Assembly: GCA_017961765.1 (NCBI GenBank)
Contig: JAGCWQ010000016.1
Span: 8,916-32,915, forward strand
Direction of reading: 5' to 3'
DNA from: Paludibacteraceae bacterium
Lineage (GTDB): Bacteria > Bacteroidota > Bacteroidia > Bacteroidales > Paludibacteraceae
Length of the DNA: 24,000 nucleotides
Every line of letters begins with the position of its first letter. Positions within the stretch are counted from its first letter, which is position 1. Shown in pieces: positions 8,328 to 15,083 of this stretch. The translations under genes and the position numbers were made by a program. The notes under the pieces are model-generated. The model searched no databases, was not told where the DNA came from, and saw nothing but the letters and a program-made list of their open reading frames with translations.

Positions 8328-9467
8328 ATGATAGATTATTCAAAAGTTCCTTCCCCTTGTTATGTTGTGGATGAAGAGAGATTGAGACGCAACCTACAGT
8401 TAATCCGTTCGGTGATGGACCGTACGGGCGTGGAGATTATTTTGGCGTTCAAGGCGTTTGCCTTATGGAAGGTTTTCCCCATAATCAAGGAATATGTCGC
8501 ACATTCCACCGCAAGTTCCTTATCCGAAGCTCGTTTGGCGTACGACGAGATGGGTAATTTAGCCCATAGCTATGCGCCTATCTATACGGACGAGGAGTTT
8601 CCCGAGATTGCCCGTTGTAGCAGCCATATCACGTTCAATTCGATTTCGCACTATCTGCATCACCGTCCTTACTTGGATAAATTGGACAGACATATATCTT
8701 GCGGACTGAGGGTCAACCCTGAGTTCTCGAATGTCGAGACGGATTTGTATAATCCTTGTGCGCCAGGATCACGCTTGGGCGTGGTTGCCGATTTGTTGGG
8801 CGACAGTTTGCCTGAAGGAATCGAAGGATTGCATTTCCATACCTTGTGCGAGTCCTCCTCCCACGATTTGGAAGAGACGCTTGCCGTGGTCGAGAAAAAG
8901 TTTGCAAAATACTTTCCCCAGATTAAGTGGATCAATTTCGGTGGTGGCCATCTGATGACGCGTAAAGACTATGACGTGGACCACTTGGTTTCCGTGCTGA
9001 AGGCTTTCCGAGGACGTTATCCTTGGCTGAAGGTTATCATGGAGCCCGGTAGCGCCTTTGCTTGGCAAACGGGTGAATTGGTATCGAGCGTGGTCGATAT
9101 TGTGGAGAACTATGGCATTAAAACAGCCATTCTGAATGTCTCCTTTGCCTGCCACATGCCCGACTGTTTGGAGATGCCCTACAAGCCGACCATCATCGGA
9201 GCTACGGACGAAGTGGAGGGGAAACCCACCTACCGAATGGGGGGAAACAGTTGCCTTTCGGGCGATTTCATCGGAAGTTGGTCGTTCGACCATGAGTTGA
9301 AGGTGGGTGACCGAATCGTCTTCTATGACATGATCCACTACACGACAGTGAAAACGACGATGTTCAATGGAATCTCGCATCCTTCCCTTGCTTTGTGGAC
9401 CAAGGAGGGCGAATTGAAGATGCTCCGAACATATGGATACGAGGATTACAAGAATAGAATGGCTTAA
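8328..9467 (+). CDS. nspC: Carboxynorspermidine/carboxyspermidine decarboxylase
   Basis: The N-terminus PSPCYVVDEERLRRNL, FKAFALW, NFGGGH, EPGSA and the roughly 380 aa length fit the NspC family of PLP-dependent decarboxylases. Confidence 0.85.
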   Translation: MIDYSKVPSPCYVVDEERLRRNLQLIRSVMDRTGVEIILAFKAFALWKVFPIIKEYVAHSTASSLSEARLAYDEMGNLAHSYAPIYTDEEFPEIARCSSHITFNSISHYLHHRPYLDKLDRHISCGLRVNPEFSNVETDLYNPCAPGSRLGVVADLLGDSLPEGIEGLHFHTLCESSSHDLEETLAVVEKKFAKYFPQIKWINFGGGHLMTRKDYDVDHLVSVLKAFRGRYPWLKVIMEPGSAFAWQTGELVSSVVDIVENYGIKTAILNVSFACHMPDCLEMPYKPTIIGATDEVEGKPTYRMGGNSCLSGDFIGSWSFDHELKVGDRIVFYDMIHYTTVKTTMFNGISHPSLALWTKEGELKMLRTYGYEDYKNRMA

Positions 9468-9478
9468 AAACTAACAGC

Positions 9479-10465
9479 ATGTGGCAAGAAGGTACTGATT
9501 TGAGATTAGAGAGAAGCAAAAAGTTTCTGGTACTCTACTACATGGGATTCGTTCTCACATTTGCAGCTTTGATATGCTCGATTTACTTCGGCGGTTTGGA
9601 ATTGAAGTATTTAATCGGAGATGGAATTCTTATCTATTCTTTGGCACGGTACTACAAATCCTATCCTGACTGTCCGCCCATCACAATTGGGAAATATGGC
9701 ATAGAAGTGCAAACTTATCTGCTATTATCATGGGATTTAATCGATTACGCATTTGTCCAGAAAAAGGGCATAGGCAAAAACAGAAAGATAATCCTGACAA
9801 TACAATTCCATAATAGTGAAGGGGTGGCACAGGAAACGGAAGTTTATTTGAACAGCTATTCTTACAAATACGATGACATAGAGAGGGCGATCAACTACTG
9901 GAGCGGAAGAGAAATAGGCAGCGAGGTAGATAGGAATAGAGACGCCATGCTTGCTGAACTGAGGCAAAGCAGAGGAACCCAAGCGACTGAAATGATTGAG
10001 GATAGGGCGAAGACACTGATCCCATTGTTTCGGAAAGAGTATAAGTATGAGCTCTATACATTTTTGGGAGTTTGGGTGGCGACCTTTATGGTTTTGTTGA
10101 TAGTAGGAATCACCCAATTTCCAGACATAGATGATAGCCTACTCCCTTATGTCTGTATAGGTTTAATATCGGCCTCGGCTCTTTTGGGCTCTTTCTTTGC
10201 ATTATTGCTTAGAAGAAGATTCTATTCTCAGCCAGAAACTGCAGATTTGACAAAAGAGGATCGTAAAATCTTTCTCAAAATGGCCTACGGGAAATCAGGT
10301 TATATGAATTGGCTGCATCTAACAGGCGTGAGTGTTTTTGTCCTATTTCTCTGTCTTGGAGCGGGATACAACCCGGAGGTTGCCCCTCAAATCGGTTGTA
10401 TTCTTGCCTTACTCCCCTTTATTGGAGTAGCTTGTTGGTACATTAAAAAAAATCCACGCACCTAA
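9479..10465 (+). CDS. Hypothetical multi-pass membrane protein
   Basis: There are several hydrophobic segments at both ends around a soluble middle. The gene starts 12 nt after nspC. I recognise no family. Confidence 0.55.
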   Translation: MWQEGTDLRLERSKKFLVLYYMGFVLTFAALICSIYFGGLELKYLIGDGILIYSLARYYKSYPDCPPITIGKYGIEVQTYLLLSWDLIDYAFVQKKGIGKNRKIILTIQFHNSEGVAQETEVYLNSYSYKYDDIERAINYWSGREIGSEVDRNRDAMLAELRQSRGTQATEMIEDRAKTLIPLFRKEYKYELYTFLGVWVATFMVLLIVGITQFPDIDDSLLPYVCIGLISASALLGSFFALLLRRRFYSQPETADLTKEDRKIFLKMAYGKSGYMNWLHLTGVSVFVLFLCLGAGYNPEVAPQIGCILALLPFIGVACWYIKKNPRT

Positions 10466-10561
10466 AAGACAATTGATTAGGAGGAAAGAAAGTACTGATT
10501 TAGTTAGTAATAAGAGAAGCATCTTTAGCCTAGTGCGCTGTTGCTTAGTTATATTTATATC

Positions 10562-10598
10562 TACAAAAAGAGGGAAATTCTTATGGAAATTCCCTCTT
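10562..10598 (-). terminator. Rho-independent terminator of the murF/alr transcription unit
   Basis: AGAGGGAA (10569-10576) pairs with TTCCCTCT (10590-10597), and there is an inner TTC/GAA extension. On the minus strand the hairpin is followed by TTTTTG. Confidence 0.7.
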
Positions 10599-10622
10599 AC
10601 TATTGTCTGGCACGCAGATCGA

Positions 10623-13085
10623 TTATAACAAATAAACCCTCTTCACACGTTTGGTCAATCCTGCCAAGATCTCGTATGAGATGGTGCCCAATGTATCGGC
10701 AACCCCTTGAATCGGGTGCCCTTTGCCAAACAGAACGACCGTGTCGCCCTCCTTTGCGTCAATGTCCGTGAGGTCAATCATACAGACATCCATGCATATA
10801 TTGCCGACGATAGGGGCAAATTTGCCATTCACCAACACCTTACCCACACGATTACCCAGTTTACGGTTCCATCCATCGGCATACCCAATAGGGATGGCTC
10901 CAATGACGGAGTCTCGATTCAACGTGCCCTTTCGGCTATAACCGACCGTATCCGTGGCAGGAACTCTCCTAATTTGGAGAATATTCGTCTTGAGCGTACA
11001 AACCTCTTCCAACCGACGGTTGTCCACTGCACTCATGCCGTAGTGGCCGATACCCAAACGCACCATGTCGAACTGGTATTGGCTGAATCGTTCGATTCCT
11101 GCCGAATTGAGTATGTGGGCAATGATTTTGTGCGGGAAAGCTTTCTCCAAGCGTTCTTTGACTCTGGAGAATATCGCTATTTGCTGTTCGGTAAAAGCAT
11201 CGAATTTTGCATCGTCCGAGCCCACTAAATGAGAAAATACCGAACGGATTTTTACGCTGTCCTGATGTTTCAACTTCTCTATGAGAGCGTCGATATCCTT
11301 CTCCTCAAAACCTAAACGGTGCATTCCCGTATCAATCTTGACATGGATAGGGTAGTCCTTGATACCCATTTGGGCCGCTTCCTTAATCATGCGGTCTAAC
11401 AAACCGAAGCTATAGACCTCAGGCTCCAAATTATATTCAAAAATCTTCGCAAAACTGTTTTGTTCGGGGTTCATCACCACGATAGGGATGTGGATGCCCT
11501 CCCGACGAAGCACGGCACCCTCGTCGGCCACCGCCACCGCCAAATAGTCGCAACCATTGTGTTGCAAGGTACGAGCCACCTCCACATCACCACTTCCGTA
11601 GGCATTGGCCTTCACCATACTCATGATTTTAGTGCCCGGTTTCAAGAAGGAACGGAAGTAGTTGAAGTTGTTGACCAAAGCCCCTAAATCGACCTCCAAA
11701 ACCGTCTCATGCACGGCAGAGGAGAGTCGGTCGGATATCTCCTCGAAACGGAATTTGCGGGAGCCTTTCAAAAGAATGGCCTCACTGGTGAAGTCGCAAA
11801 TGTTCATGTGGCTTAGGAACGTATCCGTATTAGGATAGAAGACCTGGTTCTCCACATTGAAAAGCGACTGGAATAGGGAGATGTCCTCTCCGATACCAAT
11901 CAGCCTGTCAATTCCCTTTCCTTCCACCAAGGAAGCGATATTTTCGTATAACAGTTTCGGATCCTGTCCGTTCTGTTTGATATCGGATAGGATGAGGGTC
12001 TTCTTGCGCTCCTTTGCCGTAGCCTGCTGCGTCAAGAAATCGAGGGCTATGCTGAGCGACGTGATGTCGGAATTATAACTGTCGTTGATGACAAGGCATC
12101 CATTTTGTCCGTCCTTCACCTCCAGACGCATGGCGATAGGCTCAATAGCAGATAGTTTCGCATTAGCCTTTTCCACCGATACCCCCAAAACCAGCATGGC
12201 GCAGAGGCAAGAGAGTGAATTTTCAATGGATGCGTCGTCGATAAACGGAATCTCATAGGTGTAGTCTTTACCGGCAAATTGGTAGGAGATGGAACTCCAT
12301 CGGTCGGACTTGCGGTTGACTGCCAAAATGTGGACATCCGCCTCCTTGTTCGTTCCGAAGGTGAAGAATTTTGCCTTGGTGCCGGACTGAGCCGCCGTTA
12401 TATCCACTAACTTATTGTCTTTGTTGAAGATAACCGTATCACTTTGAAGGAATAGTTTCAATTTCTCGGCACACTTCACCTTCATGGAAGAGAAGTTTTC
12501 CTGGTGAGCATCACCCAAATTAGTGAAGATACCGATGGTCGGAGCGACGATCGGTTGCAAACGCTCCATCTCGCCCATTTGTGAGATACCGGCCTCGAAT
12601 ATGCCCAACTGCGTTTCGGAATTCAAATCCCAAACAGAGAGCGGCACACCTATCTGCGAGTTGTAGCTACGAGGCGAACGGGTAATCTTATAGTCTTCGT
12701 TGAGCAATTGGTAGAGCCACTCCTTGACAATGGTCTTGCCATTACTTCCGGTAATGCCGATTACGGGGATATTGAAGGAGTGCCTATGTTTGGCGGACAA
12801 AGTCTGCAACGCAAGGAGCGTGTCGTCCACTTCGATAAAATTAGCTCCTTCAAGGTTTTGAAATTCAGGGAGAACCTTGTTGACCAAGAAACTCCGTACG
12901 CCCTTCTTGTAGAGGGTGCCGATGAACTTGTGGCCATCGTTCCTATTCGACTTGAGAGCTATGAAAAGGGTATCTTCTGGGAAGGAGAGTGCCCTGCTGT
13001 CCGTCAGCAGACGGTTTATTTCAGCGGCACAGTTTCCCTGAAACTTACCGCCAACCATTTCGGCAATCTGTTTTATCGTATACAT
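10623..13085 (-). CDS. murF: Bifunctional UDP-N-acetylmuramoyl-tripeptide--D-alanyl-D-alanine ligase / alanine racemase
   Basis: The N-terminal half is MurF-like (MYTIKQIAEMVGG, GITGSNGKT, DSYNSD). The C-terminal half is alanine racemase-like (VKANAYGSG with the PLP lysine, and PIGYADGW). The length is 820 aa. Confidence 0.9.
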   Translation of the reverse strand: MYTIKQIAEMVGGKFQGNCAAEINRLLTDSRALSFPEDTLFIALKSNRNDGHKFIGTLYKKGVRSFLVNKVLPEFQNLEGANFIEVDDTLLALQTLSAKHRHSFNIPVIGITGSNGKTIVKEWLYQLLNEDYKITRSPRSYNSQIGVPLSVWDLNSETQLGIFEAGISQMGEMERLQPIVAPTIGIFTNLGDAHQENFSSMKVKCAEKLKLFLQSDTVIFNKDNKLVDITAAQSGTKAKFFTFGTNKEADVHILAVNRKSDRWSSISYQFAGKDYTYEIPFIDDASIENSLSCLCAMLVLGVSVEKANAKLSAIEPIAMRLEVKDGQNGCLVINDSYNSDITSLSIALDFLTQQATAKERKKTLILSDIKQNGQDPKLLYENIASLVEGKGIDRLIGIGEDISLFQSLFNVENQVFYPNTDTFLSHMNICDFTSEAILLKGSRKFRFEEISDRLSSAVHETVLEVDLGALVNNFNYFRSFLKPGTKIMSMVKANAYGSGDVEVARTLQHNGCDYLAVAVADEGAVLRREGIHIPIVVMNPEQNSFAKIFEYNLEPEVYSFGLLDRMIKEAAQMGIKDYPIHVKIDTGMHRLGFEEKDIDALIEKLKHQDSVKIRSVFSHLVGSDDAKFDAFTEQQIAIFSRVKERLEKAFPHKIIAHILNSAGIERFSQYQFDMVRLGIGHYGMSAVDNRRLEEVCTLKTNILQIRRVPATDTVGYSRKGTLNRDSVIGAIPIGYADGWNRKLGNRVGKVLVNGKFAPIVGNICMDVCMIDLTDIDAKEGDTVVLFGKGHPIQGVADTLGTISYEILAGLTKRVKRVYLL

Positions 13086-13115
13086 CTTGTTGATTATATC
13101 TTAATGCACTGTCTC

Positions 13116-13886
13116 TCATTGTTTTTCACTCGTTTCCTCCTCCTTGATCGAGTCTTGGAGATGGGGAGCAAGCAATCTTTCGAGAGGCAATCCTGTTATT
13201 TTTGTCATTGAACGGAAAAGGTAGAAGAGAGCCACCATCATGACAAGGCAAGAAGGGAGGGCTATCACAATATAGCTGAGACCCGTCATCTGTCCCAATT
13301 CCTGGGCGAACTCCTCTGTTCCGGAAGGACTCTTGATGAGTATTTTTGCCAAAACGAAATTGAGGATGGTGGACAATAGGAAGGAGGCCGCCACGATGTA
13401 GGTGGCATTGACCAAAACCTTCTCGAATTTATCCTCTTGGTTGGTCTCTTTCAAAATCCCGTCAATCCGCTCCACGTCCATGATCTCATCGTTATAGAGC
13501 AACTTCTTGACGAGCGGGAAAGGCGTTTTCAAGGATATAAGCAAGGCTATGCCTATAATGAAAGGAACGGAGGCCTCCTTATAGGCAATCCATTCGCTCG
13601 GAAATTCAAACACGCCTATAACCCCTGTCAGCAAGATACTGACAAAACCTATGATGGATATGAAATTGGTCTTTTTACGTTTTAGGTAGTCCCATATAAA
13701 ATATATCGTTGGGAAAGCCAATGCGATCAACAAACCTTTGAGTGGTCCTAAGCATTCCATCTCTATGCCAAAAAAGGAGACGGTTCCTGTTTTGGACAAC
13801 TTCGTCAAAATCATGACGGGCATTATGATGTTGAAGAATATGCTAACCAATGGATTTTCTCGCTTCTTTTTTTCTCCTTCTGCCAT
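13116..13886 (-). CDS. Conserved multi-pass inner-membrane protein of unknown function
   Basis: The protein has about 6 hydrophobic helices with charged N- and C-termini. The stop is 30 nt upstream of the murF start on the same strand. It may belong to the VC0807-like family, but that recollection is uncertain. Confidence 0.6.
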   Translation of the reverse strand: MAEGEKKKRENPLVSIFFNIIMPVMILTKLSKTGTVSFFGIEMECLGPLKGLLIALAFPTIYFIWDYLKRKKTNFISIIGFVSILLTGVIGVFEFPSEWIAYKEASVPFIIGIALLISLKTPFPLVKKLLYNDEIMDVERIDGILKETNQEDKFEKVLVNATYIVAASFLLSTILNFVLAKILIKSPSGTEEFAQELGQMTGLSYIVIALPSCLVMMVALFYLFRSMTKITGLPLERLLAPHLQDSIKEEETSEKQ

Positions 13887-13914
13887 TTCTTTCGTTATTG
13901 ATTTTCTAATTACG

Positions 13915-13922
13915 CAAAGTTA
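13915..13922 (-). promoter_or_regulatory. -7 promoter box (TAACTTTG on the minus strand) for the membrane-protein/murF-alr unit
   Basis: The reverse complement of CAAAGTTA matches TAnnTTTG and lies 29 nt upstream of the start at 13886. Confidence 0.4.
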
Positions 13923-14158
13923 CACTTTTTCGGGGGAGAAAACCATTCCTGCCTCTATTTTTTGTCACGGAAAATTTTCGCGGAACCGCCTCCAAACGAT
14001 ATTTTTTTGCTAAATTGCCAAAGAATGAGAAAAGACGTTGGAAACAGGAGCCTATATAGCAAATTTTGCTTGCGAATATGTTTTCAAATAATGCTATATA
14101 ACACATTCGTACAATTTAATAAACTGATTAATAATAATATAAAAACATTCATGCTATT

Positions 14159-14557
14159 ATGAAAGAAGAAAGATATGAAGAGGAGCCCAAAAGCCAAATA
14201 GAGGAGTATGGAGAGCATTATTCCCCACAAGAACTCTTCTTCAAGTTGGCTCGTGTCGCTAAAAATGCAGGTATCAAAATAGTCTATTATGTCTTGATCC
14301 TCTACTATTCATTGATGTATGGGAACCTGACGGTGAAGGAGAAAAGTATCATCATCGGGGCATTGGGATATTTCATCCTGCCGATAGACTTGATTCCTGA
14401 TTTGTTGCCATTAGGCTATTCGGACGACCTCTCCCTCATCGTTTTTGTCGTGACCAAGATGAAGAAATCCTTCACGGAAGAGATTCGTACGATGGCACTC
14501 AACAAACTGAAACGATATTTTGACAATATTGATGAGGATGCTATTTCCTTGAAATAA
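14159..14557 (+). CDS. DUF1232 (YkvA-like) membrane protein
   Basis: The signature ALGYFILPIDLIPDLLPLGYSDDL is characteristic of DUF1232. Confidence 0.7.
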   Translation: MKEERYEEEPKSQIEEYGEHYSPQELFFKLARVAKNAGIKIVYYVLILYYSLMYGNLTVKEKSIIIGALGYFILPIDLIPDLLPLGYSDDLSLIVFVVTKMKKSFTEEIRTMALNKLKRYFDNIDEDAISLK

Positions 14558-14666
14558 AAGAGGAATCGGGACAATCCTTGGGTTGTCTCCTCCAATTGAA
14601 ACAAAAAAAATCACTTTTTTCTGCATTTTTTTCTTATCACGCAAAAAGGCTGCGTACCACCGCCTA

Positions 14667-14674
14667 TACATTTG
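14667..14674 (+). promoter_or_regulatory. Candidate -7 promoter box upstream of the Y-RNA-like cluster
   Basis: TACATTTG matches TAnnTTTG and lies about 43 nt before the first module. A weaker ATCATTTG at 14704-14711 would place the transcription start exactly at the base of module A (G14717). Confidence 0.3.
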
Positions 14675-14716
14675 CAATGTCAAACGAATAAAAGAGTTCT
14701 TTGATCATTTGAAATA

Positions 14717-14817
14717 GGCAGCGGTTGCCGTAGTGGAGAGTTACTTCGAGATTCCTATTCTTAATCGAACCCTGAGGTTCGATAGCATATACTCTCTACG
14801 TTTGTCGCACCACTGTC
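14717..14817 (+). ncRNA. Y-RNA-like module A, a candidate Rsr-binding bulged helix with a small apical hairpin
   Basis: 14717-14725 pairs with 14809-14817 (one C-A mismatch). T14726 is bulged. GC 14727-28 pairs with GC 14807-08. The 3' side carries the bulge TTTGTC. CGTAG 14729-33 pairs with CTACG 14796-800. The 5' side carries the bulge TGG. AGAGT 14737-41 pairs with ACTCT 14791-95. The apical hairpin is ATCGAAC-CCTGAG-GTTCGAT (14764-14783). Modules B and C share this architecture. Confidence 0.55.
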
Positions 14818-14824
14818 CCTTTAT

Positions 14825-14953
14825 AAAGGGGTGCCGTAGGAAAGGGATACTTCGTAGTGGTCAGAGCGTCGGCTAAGCCGAAGGCGCAAGTTCGAATCTT
14901 GCCATCAGTTCGCTGATGTTAGCTCAATTCCCTACCAGCTGTCGCCTCCTTTT
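14825..14953 (+). ncRNA. yrlA: YrlA-like Y RNA: an Rsr-binding-type bulged helix enclosing a tRNA-like domain
   Basis: The stem matches modules A and C: 14825-31 pairs with 14946-52, T14832 is bulged, GC pairs with GC, GTAG pairs with CTAC, GAAA is bulged, and GGGAT pairs with ATTCC. The interior has a canonical T-arm GCAAG-TTCGAAT-CTTGC (14886-14902). It also has a D-loop-like AGTGGTCA followed by GAGC (14856-14867), which pairs with the GCTC in TAGCTCA (14922-25). A closed acceptor-like hairpin CATCAG-TTCG-CTGATG spans 14903-18. A short arm TCGGC-TAA-GCCGA spans 14869-81. The module lies directly upstream of rsr on the same strand. Confidence 0.75.
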
Positions 14954-14962
14954 AAAACTATA

Positions 14963-15056
14963 ACGGCTGCCGTAGCAGAGAAGTTCTTCGATCAGTTAGG
15001 GGAGTGGGATTAAATGCCCACTTGTAAAAGGTCTCTGCGCTTGTTGCGCCGTTTTT
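14963..15056 (+). ncRNA. Y-RNA-like module C (YrlB-like short Y RNA) ending in a T-tract
   Basis: ACGGC 14963-67 pairs with GCCGT 15048-52. T14968 is bulged. GC pairs with GC. The 3' side carries the bulge CTTGTT. CGTAG 14971-75 pairs with CTGCG 15035-39 (one G-U pair). C14976 is bulged. AGA pairs with TCT. The apical hairpin is AGTGGG-ATTAAATG-CCCACT (15003-15022). The module ends in a T5 run at 15052-15056, which looks like an intrinsic terminator. Confidence 0.6.
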
Positions 15057-15083
15057 GTATAACCATTTAGAACTTATATTCTT

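Noticed and set aside
8769-9380. 203-aa minus-strand ORF
   Set aside because: It is antisense to nspC. It has a His/Arg/Val-rich shadow-frame composition and no family features.
14411-14683. Minus-strand ORFs of 90 aa and 62 aa overlapping the DUF1232 3' end and the spacer before the Y-RNA cluster
   Set aside because: They are antisense to the DUF1232 gene and run through A/T homopolymer tracts. Their composition is shadow-frame and they have no motifs.
14856-14926. A genuine tRNA gene, suggested by the perfect T-arm GCAAG-TTCGAAT-CTTGC and the D-loop-like AGTGGTCAGAGC
   Set aside because: There is no 7-bp acceptor stem with free ends, because the acceptor-like stem is closed by a UUCG loop. 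The anticodon-position hairpin has a 3-nt loop. The D-arm strands are in permuted order. I interpret this as a tRNA-like domain of a Y RNA.
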